DNA of 64,000 nucleotides from the human T2T-CHM13v2.0 reference genome, Homo sapiens, in the NCBI RefSeq assembly GCF_009914755.1, contig NC_060929.1; one strand, 5' to 3'. Under the pieces are notes generated by a model. The model was not told the DNA's origin. It saw nothing but the letters and a program-made list of their open reading frames with translations, and did not search any database. Position numbers and translations under genes: made by a program. Positions 26,185-40,500 of this stretch are shown in pieces. Within the stretch, counting starts at the first letter, position 1. Each line of letters begins with the position of its first letter.

Positions 26185-26370
26185 TGAAAAGGACAAGTTT
26201 TGGAGTTAGAAAGACCTGCAATAGAGTCCCAGTTCGGCCACTCATGAAGTGTGTCATTTTAGACAAATTTTCATTGAGCCTCAGCTTCTCCACCCATAAG
26301 AAGAGATAATAATGATTAAATGAGGTCAGTGCATTCATTATACACGGTAAGTGTCCAGTAAGCATTAGAT
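26185..26370 (+). mobile_element. MIR SINE
   Basis: TTTGGAGTTAGAAAGACCTG...CCCAGTTCGGCCACTCA...TGAGCCTCAGCTTCTCCACC. Confidence 0.75.
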
Positions 26371-27774
26371 ATTATCGATATTAATTCTGGAATAGCTGTC
26401 TGTAAAGGTGGAGGGATTCTAGGTGATTGGATAGCACACTTTCTCAAAAATGTCATAAGATTCTAAAATTCTGGAAATGCGTTGGCAGGAGGCCTTAGTA
26501 ATTCTCTGCTACTGCTTGCAGCTTCTGAGTAAGCTTTCTGAGCATCTAAGCTTCCCCTTTACCCAGGGGTAGTACATGGTGCAATATTTGTAAATATTTG
26601 ACTACTGTTTTTTGATATTTCATGTATTGAAAAGAAGGTGTAGTATAACCGTAAGATTTTCCACATCTGCAGACAAAAGGAAAGTTGGGGTAGTTTAAAA
26701 TAACTGCTGCATGTGGTTCTTTCTGTATAATTTTTAGTTTTTTTTCTTCTAAAAGGGTGTTAGAAAATATTAATCTTTTTGTTGCTTTGAGGTCTTATTT
26801 ACACTAACTTTACCTCTTCTTCATAGATTAATTTTTCATTCTAAATGTTGCATTCTTCACCGGGAAGTTAAATAACCAAACCCAGAATCACTGCAACTTA
26901 CCTGTGATTTAGAAATAGAGTTCTGGAAATCATTTAACAATCTAAAAAAAAAAAAACCCATAAGTAGTAAGGAATATTTGAAAGCAGTCTATTAGTTTGT
27001 GCACGCTGATAAAACAATACATCACATGGAAGAGACTTATATTTAAATGATGTTACTATTAGCCATACCTAAAAAATGTATTTCTCTAACGTGATACCTA
27101 AGTTGTAAAAGAAAGTTTGATTTCCAGTTTCATCTTACATTTCTTTTATAGCTGCTTTTAATTGTCCTACCCTCTCTTCTGGCGAAGGAACTTCATTGCA
27201 GTACTTAAGAAAACAAATTAATAACCTTGAAGAAAGCTGTTAATGAGATACTCATAACTAAGGAAAAAAGTGGGGGGATAGAAATTAGATGACCTAGGAG
27301 ACACCTTACTTGAGTGTCATTTAGGTAAGGGTCATTCATTCTGGAAGGCCTCTCGGTAAAGGAGGAGGGATTACAAATGATTGGATATCACAGCCTTTCA
27401 AGTTGTTCTCTGATTCTGAGATTTCAGAAATGTTTTGGCTATAGGGCAATGCTAAGAGTCAAAAGCAGGGCTGCAGCCCACATTAAATAACCCTATGACT
27501 TTAGTAGATATTAATAGAACCCCCAGTGGCAACGATGGTGGTACAAAGATACATTCCAACTCTGGTACCTAGTAGCTGTTTATTGTTAATGAATCTTTTA
27601 AATTGTAACAAGCCCCATTTTCTCCTCTGTAGAATGAAAATACTAGTGCCTTTTTTCACAGGATTATTGCAAAGATTAAAAAAGGTAAATTCTTTGACTG
27701 TAGTTAAGTGTAAAAGCTATGCACACACTGCAAATTTTTATTTGAATAATAATAATTATGACTTTTTTTTTTTT

Positions 27775-28300
27775 TTACTATTAACTAAACTGCAGATTTT
27801 ATTTGAATTTCACCAGCTTTTCTACTGATGTCCTCTTTCTCTTCTAGGGTCCAGTCTAGGCAAATATATTGCATTTAATTACCATGTCTTCCTTGCTCAG
27901 TTTCTTAGTCTTTGCCTGTTTTTCATTACCTTGAAAGTCTTGAGCAATACTGGACAAGTATCCTGTGGAATACCCACCCCCAGCCCCTATGCCCCCAGTC
28001 TGGATTTGTCTGTCATTTCTCATGATTAACTGGGGAAGAATACCACAAAAATGAAGTGCCCTCCTTGTGACATCGTATCAGATGTTGCACGATGTCATGT
28101 GACATCTCTATGGATGTCAACCTCTGTCACTTTCCAGGTTTCTCCACTGTACAGTTACTATTTACCTCTTTTCTTACTCTATCTAGTCTTTGGAACTTGG
28201 TGACTAAGTCTAGCTCACCCTTGGGGAAAAAGGGGTTAAACTTCACTGCCCAGAGTGGAGAATATCTACATAAATTGCTTATCGTTCTGTAAGGAATATT
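27775..28300 (-). mobile_element. Old L1 (L1MC-type) 3' UTR fragment
   Basis: ATTAACTAAACTGCAGATTTTATTTGAATTTCACCAG...CCAGGTTTCTCCACTGTA motifs. Confidence 0.6.
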
Positions 28301-28869
28301 TCTGAGGTATTATTTTATAACTGATAAATTCTTATATATATAAAATAATGATTGAATGTCTTAAGTCATTTTTGAAAAATCTTGTGAAAATATACTACTG
28401 CCAGTAAATCATGCAATTGGGAATGTACTAACCAGTGAGAAGCTTTGAATCTAATAGGAGAAGCTGTCCCTGGAATCTTGCTGTTACAGAGCGGAGCACA
28501 TTGGAGCTGAGGGCTCAAAGGGAGGGCCTGAAGTCAGGTCTGTTTCATCTTGACAGAGGTAGATCAGCTCTAGGCAATAACTGATTTCTGTGTATGTCTT
28601 GTTGGTGAATAATTCATGGCAGGAACAGCCCTTATTTAAGATGGACTGTTGGAACTTCCCACTGGAAGACCACGCAGGCAACTTTGACACAGGCTATTCG
28701 AAACTAACTCCATCTTCCACTCACCCCCAAACAACAGCCACAAGAAAACCTGGTGTCCTGCTTGTGTAGCCCACCTCAGTACATGTTACCCCCATTTGCT
28801 TTGCTCCTTACCTAGAAATCCAGCGGTATTCTGGATTTCTCCTTCACCCCTTCCCCTAATAAGACATAT

Positions 28870-29300
28870 TCTCCCACTTAATACATGTATAACCCTGGGC
28901 AAGTCACTTATCCTTTCTGAGTCTTTGAAGGGGTATAATAATAATCTCATAAGGTTATTATGAAGATTAAATGAAACAGTGTATCATAAAGTTCCTTGGC
29001 ATCGTACCTAGTATATTTCACACATTCAATAAAGGTTAATAGGTATGATTTATATCTCTTAAATATACTTTAAATCCGTTCCCTCCTCTGTGTGGCCACT
29101 GATCTTTTTCATTTACATCATTTGGAACTCTTTCCTAGGTTATTGCACTGGTATTTAAATCTTGTCTCTAATCTTATTGCATCCCATCTGCTTGTAAGAT
29201 GACCTTTCTAAGGCCAAGTTTGATAATGTCACTCCCCTGCCTAAAATCCTTTAACATCTTCCATCCCATCCAGGATGTGAAAGTCCTTTGCATGAACAGC
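28870..29300 (+). mobile_element. MIR followed by L2 fragment
   Basis: CCCTGGGCAAGTCACTT...GAAGATTAAATGA (MIR); GTCACTCCCCTGCCTAAAATCCTTT (L2). Confidence 0.7.
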
Positions 29301-29704
29301 AGGTCTTTTCAGAACAGCCGTTGCGCTTGCCGTCTTACGCCCACCACTCCTGCGTTCTCACCTGGGCTCCAGCCCTACAGCTATTTTTCCTCACCCAGGA
29401 TGTGTCATGCTGTCCTGTGTTCTTGTGCAGCACCTCCATGGTGCACCTTCCCAAACCGCGCCCCCTCACTCCACGCCCCCTCTTTCTACACCCCTCTTCC
29501 ATATTTTGTAAACACCTTTTCTGATTCAGGATAGTGCAGGTGTCATCTCGGGAAGCCCTGCTTGGCTCAGATGCAGGCAGCCTGATGCTCTCTCTGCCTC
29601 TACTTTTTAGTGCACTGTGGCGAGGTCCTGTCTGCCTCTACACCTGGATTGGGAGCTCCTCTAAGACTTTTTAGTTCCCATGTACCTCCACAGTTCCGGG
29701 CAGA

Positions 29705-30155
29705 TGTTTAAAACATTATTCAATGACTTGTAGTAAAGCACAGTAAGGCAGATTTCACTCAGGACCATTGAATAGGGACCACTGCAATGGGGTCCTGCAG
29801 TGGGGAAGAGAAAGATTGGGCTTAACTCCAAAGACAGCAAGGGCAAGTGGGATTTTATAGCCAAGGGGCAAGGACAGTGGATGGAAAATTACTAAGAGGA
29901 AACATCGGTGATATGGGGAACCTGTGGTTCTTCCTGAAGATAGCCAGGGTGATCAGGCATCACCTGGGGAAGAGTGAAGGATGAGGAACTTGATCAGACT
30001 CTGAGTGTAATCAGACATTGAGAGTAGTGGGTTATTGCCAGATTGACTTAGCAAGGTTCTTATGAAAACTGTATTGTACAAGGAAGCACACAGATGGGCG
30101 TAGCAGAAGGCTCAGGAGCCTGACTAAAGTTTTGTCAAGCAAAGAATCTTTGTCA
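29705..30155 (-). mobile_element. MER31-type ERV1 solo LTR
   Basis: Reverse complement starts TGACAAAGATTCTTTGCTTGACAAAACTTTAGTCAGGCTCCTGAGCCTTCT; TG...CA termini; ~450 bp. Confidence 0.8.
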
Positions 30156-31217
30156 CACAGGGTAGACTAAAAAAATGTTTACTGCCTGCCAGTTATAGGT
30201 TCTATCATGACTGAGTTAACCTAACTGGAAATTTTACTAGCCCTATCATGGGAAAGGCTCCAATTTCCCTCTCTGCCAATATCTTCTTGTTTTTTGTCTG
30301 TTTGTTTTTGCACCTTCTGAAGCCTATTGAGAGGATGAGGAAGGATTCAGGCAAATATCTCTGGGAGTCTCCTAGCCGGTGGTTCTTTCCTGTGTTTACA
30401 AAGGGGCACTGCTGGGGAATGTCAAGCCTCGTAATGTAAAAAATACTGAAGATATTGTGACTGTATCTTGTGCCTATAGCTGCACGAATGCAACATGCAT
30501 TCATCTTCACCATTCTTAAGATTCTGACTTAGATTTTTTCAGGAACTTAGAGCTGGATAGAACTTTAAAATTCAACCAGTCCAGTGTTTTGTTTGTTTGT
30601 TTTTGTTTTTTTAATACAGATGAAGAAACCGGAGCACAGAGAAGTCACCTGTCTTTTCCAGCCCTTCAAAACTAGTTAGTAGTAGAAATGGAACCAGAAC
30701 CTTGGTCTTCTGCACTTTTGTCTCTGACGTACTTCCTTTCTTCACAAGTGCCATTTACAGAAAGCTGGGCTTAAACCATTCCCAGCTATTCCTCCTACAG
30801 CTTTCCTGAATTATTTCAGAATACAAAATTCTGTATCTCCAAGAAACTATTACAGATTTAGATTTAAAAATATGCACTATTTTCTACCTTGTATGTTTTG
30901 CTTACTATTTTTTTTTGCAGAGGATATGTCTTAAAAATTGAAATGCATCAAAAATTATTAAACATTGCAGAATATTTTATACTTGTCTTCATTCCCATTT
31001 TGGAGAGTGTTCACCTTGTAAAAAATCTTTGTCCTCAAATGTATTGGAATCACAGTTAAGAATTCTAGCCTTGATGTTGGTTTGCATTGTCTTCTGGTCT
31101 ATGAGTGATTTGGGGCTGAGATATTCTTTGTCATACCTCTTTGAAGATACTAGTTAAATATGCTAGTGTCCCACTCACTTTTAAAAGCTGACCTATATTA
31201 AAATATAACATAAAATA

Positions 31218-31730
<513 letters not shown>

Positions 31731-33694
31731 TTATGGGGCTTGCACATGTTACAGGACTAAGCTTACTTTTTACTTTTTTACAGTTGGGGACATATTGATT
31801 CCATAAGTTATTTACAAGAGAAATATCTTTGATATTTATTCTTAATTTCAATTAATACTGCCAGCACCCAATTTGCATTAAATACATATTCTTCTCTTTT
31901 CTTCTTTACCCCAGTCAGTAATTTCACTGACTATGGTGATAGGCTGTCAAGTAAAGCTTTAAGTTTCTTTAACTGATAAGAAAAATTATTTTAATTTATT
32001 GTTGATAATAATAGCAGAAATTTTTATTATTGGTAAAAGGGAAAATTGCAAGTGTTGTCTTTTATTCACATGCCTATATCTAAGCTTGCACTGAAAAATG
32101 TGGATACTAATACATTTTCTGCCATATCTTTTCTTCCTTTCTTGGTCTACTTTCTCTGACATGAGTTACAACTACCATGTTCATATTTCTCTCAAACAGC
32201 TCTACTTTGACCCCTTCAATTTGGTTTTTTATTCTCATAATTCCATTAAATAGCAGCAAATGAGTTTCACTTGACTTCTCCAACTGATTCCCTGATCTAA
32301 TATTTTAAACCTGTTAACTGTGTGTAAATTTGTTGATAATACAGATTGCCTTAACTTTTTGAAAGTGGTAAGATGACTGCTGTGTGTGCCATAAAATGCT
32401 GCGCATTCATGGACAAATTTTCTGATATAAACAAAACTTAACACAAAACTGTTGGGTGTGTACGTCATAATCATGTGAACAAACCTATCAGCCACAGGAG
32501 TAAATGGTTCTCACAAATGACTGCAGTTTGTATAACTTGTGTTCAGCCAAAGCATGTTTCTATTTTTATTCTTCTATAACCATTTATAGAAAGCATTGAT
32601 GTTAACATTATTTTTCTGCCAGCCACCATATAGAGCAGGGATTTCTAACTTTAATCCATAGATCTTCCTGTGACTAGGTTTTGGGACTATATGAAGCTTC
32701 TGAAATTGAAAGCTATATTTTATGTGTGGACGTGTTTTTCTGAAGCAAGTCACCACAGCTTTCATCGAATTCTCGAGATGTTTAAGGAGCACTGATGTTT
32801 GAGGTTTGTTCACATAAATGTATTTGTACATATTCTCAGAATAGCTGGAAAGCACAAAGCTTGTGCTCACCTATTCATTTAACACACTTTTTCTTTCGCC
32901 ACTGCCCTGCCCAGTCTGTCTACCCCCAAGAAGGGCTTTCTGTATTCTTATATTCCCAGTTTTTACTGCTTCTATGTTCCCTTTTATCAGTTAGGATGCT
33001 TTAATGTACAAATGTAATTTAATAAGTAAATACTGAAGCACCAAAAGAAACCTAGCTGAGATCATCTTAACCAATGGAATAGATTTATTGGCTCAAGTCA
33101 CTAAAGTCCAGAACTTTTTCAGGTTTTACATGCAGTTCGACTTGGTACAGATTTATTTCTCTGCATTTATTTTAGCTTTGCTCTCCCAGGTGTGTTGGTT
33201 TTGTTTTCATACCAGCTTCCCTCATGGTAGCAAAATGCAGCATTTAAGTCCTCCTACTGGCAGCCAACCATCATCATCCAGGACAGTAAGGATCTTTACA
33301 TCCTCCTATTGTTTAATGAAGCAGAATCCACCATCCTGGCCAGGGGGATGTCTGTACACTAATTGACCTAGGCCCAGATTACCACCACACCTAAACAAAC
33401 CAGAGACAGCAGGGATGAGGTTACAATTGTTGGTTTATGTCATTCAGGGTCTACTTTTAGGACTTTGGCAACCCCAACTTTTGTGAGTGTGTGTGCATGC
33501 TGTTAGAAAACATGCTGAGCAGCAACCAATAATGTTTACTATATCCCTTAAATTAAGTGGGGTTCCAGCATACAGCTCCTGGTATCTCATTATAGTTATG
33601 ATGTGCTGCAGAAGATAGGATTTTATTGCTGTAGAAGATGGGAATTTATTGTGTTTCCTGAAGAAGGTTATGGAAAACATTAGTTCCTCGGGAT

Positions 33695-34504
33695 GTTTTA
33701 TCAATCAGAGTTTAGTAGAGAAAAACAGAACCAATAAAATACATATATATATTATGCCCAGCTCATAGTACACACCTGTTAAATATCAGCTACTACTGAT
33801 ATGTATAGTATATGTATGTATGTATGTAGTGTATGTGTACATATGTAAAAATAGTAGGATATAGCCTAGCAAATTACATACACACACATTGATTCATTTA
33901 TTTTTATTTATAAATATTTTCTATTTATATTAAATATAAATTATTTTTATATTTTATATTTATAGCTATATAAATTTATAAAGAAATTTGTAAATAATAT
34001 TTTTAATAAACTTATAAATGGAACTTATTTTATATTTATATATAAATTTATGTATATTTATACTTATAGATACATAAATTTATAAATTTCATAAAATTTA
34101 AGAATGGTTTTAAATTTGTAAATTGATTATAAATATAACCTTATAAATATTATTTTATTTATAAATAAATGAATATATTTATTTTTTTCAAGGAATTGGG
34201 AAGGCTAGCAAGTCAGAAATCTGCAGGATAGGCCAGTACAATCGAAAGTCTGGAGCGGGAACTAATACTATAGCTTTGAGGTAGAATTTCCCTTTCTTCA
34301 GGTAAACCTCAGTTTTGCTCCTAAGGACTTTCAACTGGTTGGATGAGGCCACCCCAGATAATGGAGGATAATCTACTTTAGTGTTGTCTAATTGTAGCCG
34401 TTAACTGTATTTATAAAATAACTTCATAGCAATATCAAGACTAGTGTTTTAATTGAATAATGTGCTACTATAGTTTAGAAAAATTTACACATAAAACTAT
34501 CACA
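33695..34504 (+). mobile_element. MLT2-type ERVL LTR with an internal AT-rich low-complexity expansion
   Basis: AGAGAAAAACAGAACCAATA...TATAT; AAGGAATTGG...GCAAGTCAGAAATCTGCAGG; TTCAACTGGTTGGATGAGGCCCACCC; ACACATAAAACTATCACA end. Orientation is less certain than the family. Confidence 0.78.
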
Positions 34505-36259
34505 GATGTTAATAATTATAAGGCCAAAGAAGTACTGCGAGGTTAAATTTGAGAAATGGTAGATTAAGGATTGCTCTAGAATTTTCCAGTCTTTAATGTG
34601 CTCAGGGGCATTGTGGTTTTTAACTGTTTCTCATACTTATTTGATCAAGGACTTTTTGTTCCCCTGCAGATTATCTCACTGGACTAGTGTTTTACAGAAT
34701 ACATTTTGGAGGGGCTTTACTATAATTCGGTTCTATTTTACTTGTTTGTATGTTTCTGTTGTTTGTGTTCTTAAATGTATTTATGTCTGTTTCTGTTCTG
34801 TTAAACTGTAAGCTCCTTTGGAATCATATCTTCTGTCTTCTTCACAAAGTGGAAATTTAATAAATGTTGACTGAGAGATATTTTTAAATAACTAAATGGT
34901 TATTAACTCTTGGGTTAATGATTTTAATATTTGTTCAGAGCTATCACTTTCTCTTGGCAGAAATTAAATTGTAATAGCTTTTAAATGTTTGCTGGTCTTT
35001 GGAGATTTTCTTACTGTGGGGAACCAGCCAGTAAGATCGAGCAGGTTCTATGTCCTGGGCATGATAAGCCTCATCTTAGCACTTACTTTTTAATGTGACA
35101 GGCTATAATTTTGTGTCACTTAAGAAATTATTTAAATCCAGAGAAAACAAGTCATGAAAAAAAAAAACAGGACAAGTGAAGGTCCTGAAAGCGAATCTGG
35201 TTTTATTTGTTTTGTTTTACTGTTTTCTCACAGTATCTAGCACATTGCTTTAGTCTCAGTGCTGCTTGGTATATGTTGTGCCTGATTCTTAGAGGAGATT
35301 AAATATTTCCTCTGGACACCACTTAAATCCCTTCTTATTGTGATGATATATTATCAGATCAAACAGAGATGAGGTTTGCTCTTCTGTAATATATCAGTAA
35401 TGTCATATGGTCTAGAGTCTAGATGTGATTTAGAGTCCTCTCCAGAGACTATGACCAGTAATCAAATCATGTTGTGGTTAGATCCATTAGCCAGGAAAGG
35501 CGTGGAGCATGAAAGACAGATCTGATTGTCACCCATAGGTCCCTGAACTGTATCCTGGATCTCTGTTAAATCCTCTGAGCTACTTCCTATTGCGGGGACG
35601 GTGTGTGGGGGGGTCACCTTAATCTGTTTGCATGGATGTTTTTAATGTGTTTGAAAAAACAAATCAAAATTTGAAGTTCAGTTTAATTAGAAAAGCACTG
35701 GCTCAATCTGAAGCGATTATTGTTTTAAAATAACCATTTTGATTGAATTCAACCAGATTATTTAAAAACCAGTTTGTGTGTGCAAGCATGAAAAAGTGGG
35801 CATATTAGTTTCCTATTCCTTTCCTCATTGTTCAAGAAAGAGAGGATTTAAAGCCTTCTCTTCATCAAATAATTGGGTAAAACCCAGCCCTGTAAAACTT
35901 GAAAGTTTCCTTCCTTCCAAGAACATAGATGATCTGGAAATTATCTGTTCTACTTGAGACAATGGCCTGAAAACTGAAAAAGATTATAAAATATAACTGA
36001 AACTGAAAATGTTAAAAAATATAATCTAAATGTTCTAGATGTTATATATTGTATGTATAATATAGTATTTGAATATAATTATATGTATTTTAAATAAATA
36101 TACATTTATACATGTAAATCTAAATAATTATAATAAATTATTTTTGAGTATAGAAGTTTTGAAAATGTTAGATAAACAAAAGGCTGACTATGAAAATGAC
36201 TTTCAATCCCATTACCCAGAAATGGTTACTATTCATTTTATTCTTGGTTCTTTTATATT

Positions 36260-36265
36260 TGTGTG

Positions 36266-36342
<77 letters not shown>
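36260..36342. repeat. Compound (TA)n/(TG)n microsatellite
   Basis: Read directly. Confidence 0.95.
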
Positions 36343-36344
<2 letters not shown>

Positions 36345-36534
36345 TTGCTTTCACCTAATTATCTCCCATACATTTTATTTTAGGGCTATAGGTTAATGTT
36401 TTATTAGTTTAAGAATATATTCATTGTTGATTGCTTTCTCAATATGCTTTTATATAATTTATATAAAACATAAAAACATATTTAACATATTTTTCCACTG
36501 AGTACACAAAATTGCATACAGGAGGAGCAGCTGA

Positions 36535-36730
36535 TATTTAACAGGTGTGTACTATGAGCTGGGCACATTATTTTTACTGCCCTCAATTCTCACAATAACC
36601 TGCTAGATAGGTATTATTAACCTTAGGAAACAGAGGCCTGGGGAGAACAGTAACCTGGCCATTTCATACAGGCAGGAAGTGCCCTACCCCAGGACTACCT
36701 GATTATCTGTCTGACTCCAAAGCTTATACT
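36535..36730 (-). mobile_element. MIR SINE
   Basis: TCTCACAATAACCTGCTAGATAGGTATTATTA...AGGAAACAGAGGC...TGTCTGACTCCAAAGC. Confidence 0.75.
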
Positions 36731-37449
36731 CTGTCTTATGGTCTCTTCTGAAGTGAATTTTCTGTCAAATTTACTATGTCCTAGACAAAATATCTAAGAT
36801 AAAATGAAACTAAATTATGAGCAAATTGGCCATGCACACAAATTTGGTGTTCAGAACTTGACAGAGGTAATGCATAGTGCTTTTACATTTCAGACAGAGT
36901 ACATGAATACACCATCAGGCAGCTACAGAGAGCTTAGGGAGAGAATCATGTTGCTTTCTCTTACCTGATTGAAGGCATGGTGTACTTCTTTAAAGAAGGA
37001 AGATATTCTCTACTGACTCTTCTTAAAAATCAGCTTTGTTTCTGATAATGGGCTCAAAATATCAGAGGACCCAAATTGGGGACTTTGAGGCTAGCTGGTA
37101 ACATGTATTTTGCTACCCATTTTCAATGCCTATGGGCTCATTATATGTGGACTTTGTATTTCTAGAAGAATGCTGACATACTAAAGGTACAACTCCACTT
37201 CCCAGTATACTGTTTCTCCTTCTTAGAATGTCTTCATCCCTGTAGTATCCATTTTTCTTTCTCATATCTGCTTTATTCTTTGTCTTTTCTATTCTTACCT
37301 AGATCCTGTTTTACCATCTTTCTTCTTCCTCTCTCAGTTTTCCATTCTCCATCACCACTATGATCTTTTCTGACATCCATTTATCCTCTACATTTCCTGC
37401 GAGGCAACATCCAATTCTGAGCCCCTACCCTTCAGTTTTCTCATATTTT

Positions 37450-37592
37450 AAAAAAGTTTATGTAGAGATGGAATCTCCCTGTGTTGCCAGGGTGGTCTTG
37501 AACTCCTGGCCTCAAGCCACCCTCTTATCTCAGCCTCCCACCTCAGCCTCCCAAAGCATTGGGATTACAGGGACGAGCCACTGCACCCAGCC
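37450..37592 (-). mobile_element. Free Alu monomer (FLAM-like)
   Basis: GTAGAGATGG...GGTCTTGAACTCCTGGCCTCAAG...CCTCCCAAAG...GGGATTACAGG...GAGCCACTGCACCCAGCC. Confidence 0.85.
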
Positions 37593-40500
37593 ATTATTTA
37601 TGTAGTACTTCTTAGCCTCTCCATGAATGTGACTTTCCAGCCCAACAGCTGCCTTGGCTTTGTAAATCCTTGGACATTCTTTGCTATGGCTTGCTATGCT
37701 TAAATAAAACTGGCTTCAAAAGTGGGAGACATTGCTGTATCTGTTAGAGTTGCGTAGCTGTATTTTGTGTTATCCACTCCTGTAAGGTATTGCACTTTCA
37801 TGAAGTGATTGTTCTGTGACTAGTGGAAAGGCTCTTGGGTTGTAAGTAGTCTGGTTACATTTTACTCCTCCACAGTCTGTTGTGCTCTACACAAGGGCTT
37901 TTGACCAAAAGAATGATATCCACTTCATTCTTCATTGACTAAGACACTTCATTTCAGAGGAAGAGATTTCTTTTTGAATTCTTTCTCTGAGGATCATGTA
38001 AGCCAGCAGAGGCCTTGTCTATATGGGTGTCCAGGTTGGTCTTAGAAATATACAAGTGTATTGGTAGTCAGAACCTAAAAAAACTCCAAGACAGTCAGAG
38101 AAGAGAACTTCCTAACAAGACATGTCCAGTGTGTTTACCATGTTCACTGCATCACAAAGCTGGAAGGAAGGCAGAGCTGGGCCAGTTACAGCCTTATCTT
38201 CATTAAGTTCTTTCTCAAATAAAAAACAAATACAGCTATATGGATTTAATTTGAGAAGGCCTTTCTGTGAGTCTTCTTATGTCTATGCTTTTCCTTTGCT
38301 TCTTATTTTTTTCTTTCTCCTTAGTCTTTCCCTCCCTTTAAAGGCTTCTAAATATTAAATTGAAATACATGAGAATGTGATACAGAGCTGTGATGGCAGG
38401 GAAAGTTCAATATGTATTCACTAATGAAGGTTTCCTGGTACACAAGGTACATTGAGGAAATCCATGTTTTTCCATCTCACGTAATGTTATGTGTATGTGA
38501 CTTTGTGGTATTGTGTTTGGGGTTCACTGACTTTTTTTTTTAACCAGTGTTTATATCTTATTGCTACTAATGAACTCAGATAGATTTGGTGGAAGAAGGC
38601 AGAAAATAATTATGAGTCCACACTTGTGCGTCTCTGTACATTTTCTTTATGCTTGTGTTACTTCTGGAGTCGTGTTAGCATAACAGAAAGCATCTGGGCT
38701 AGGGCAGAGTTATGGGATGCCAAGGCATAGTCATAGTTACAGGGTGCCAAGACACTGTCGTATTCATGGCAGCTCTGGGAATTACCCCTAAGTCTGTCGT
38801 CATACACTTTCCAAGAATGGATCTAGTTGGAGAAGTATTTTAAACCTCGTCAGAGTCACTTGTCTTGGCTTCTTCAGCTGACTTGAGTGGGGACTCTGAT
38901 TGTTGGCTGCTGTAGTATCATCCGTGCCTAGAGATACAGGGCTCTTGCTGTAAATAGGATGGCATAACCATAAACCATGGGGTGAGTACCTTCTTATACA
39001 TTTTTGTTTAGTATGGAGAAGTGTGGAGGAACACAAAGAAAACTGCATTCTTCCTTGGGCTTTTATGATATGACCAGCATTTTCTTACATATTTTCTATA
39101 GATCCTTTCTCCTAACCACCTTTAAATTTAAACATACTTTTGGGGAACTTGTGGTTGCTGGTAGAGTTAGTGTAAAAAATATCCTATGAGTCTTATAGGT
39201 CCCAAAAGGACTTACACGTAATACTCAATTTAAGAACTCTACAATGATATTCTTAGCAGTAAGCTGGTAACTAACATAGTAATAATAATACTACAAAACA
39301 AGTTAATCATAATGTAATGTTAACCAAAAGAACTTGTAAGAAAAACTTTGACTCTATTATTTGTGACTCACTACATTTTTCCTGGAGAAATTATTTTATC
39401 CGTGATCCTACAGATTTTCAAAATAAGGGCTAGATAAGGAATGTGTCTGTAATTAATGACAGTTTTTGGTAGGGGTGAAAACAGCATTGTATAGACTAGA
39501 AAAATAATTCTAGTAGTCTACAGATTTTCACCAATCTGACAAATACTTAGCAATAGCAAGTGATGCTACTTCTATTGATGACAGCTGTGCATGGACAATG
39601 CAGAAAGAGATAGAGGGCTCAGGCTGTCAGTCATGTTTGCATTTGTCTTTGCTTTCTTATTTTTGTCAAACTTGCTTTCTTATCTACAGAGAACTTGTTT
39701 CTTGTAGGTTACTTGGCTTCCGCTGATTAAATAACTGGAGCAACACAGACACATGTACATACACACATTTATGTTCTCATTGGTAATGGCTTAGTTTTTG
39801 ATGTGGAGGTGGGTTAATTTGACAAATGTCTGCATGGATGGTAATTTAGTGCACCTTTCCTGTCCCATCATTTTTGCCTTTCATCTTCCTCTAAAAGGAC
39901 CTTCGGGTTCTGGCAGCTGCCCATGGAGAAGACTCAGAGCTGTGTGCTGATGGTGCTTTTCTAGGCAGACCTCTCAAGCCAGCAGCAGGTGCCGGCTGCC
40001 CTGCTTGCCCCGGAACCTGGGAGGAGAGACATTTCCAGTTCCGGACAGGGTTGGGCTGTTCTGCTGCAACAGATGGTCAGCATTTGGTTTTCTCAGTCAT
40101 GTCACCTGGGGAACTCCAATACTGTTTTATGTTCTGTTTCTTACTTTTCATTTAAAAAGAAGCAGAAAGAGAAGCACCATGCCATATCAAAATAGCTGAC
40201 AGCTTCCATGTTGAGAAAAATGAAAGACAATTTTTTGAAGAGAACAGAAATGAACAAATGTACATGGTGCATTTGCTAAAATGCTTAGCTACAATTTTAT
40301 GATGTTGACTTTATTCCATTTTGTGAAAAACAGAAAAGATTAGCTACTGAGAGGTTATTGAGTATATTATATACAGGCTTTTCTTTCATTTTTCAATAGT
40401 AAGTGAGACAAAAATTTCCATTTTAATTTTCTAATTTGATATTCATATATGCACATGGATATTTCTTCATCTGAGATAAGACTGTCATTATCAGCTTCAT

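Noticed and set aside
38700-38760. Degenerate direct repeat (AGTTA...TGCCAAG.CA twice)
   Set aside because: Only two diverged units with no array structure, so not CRISPR-like or otherwise interpretable.
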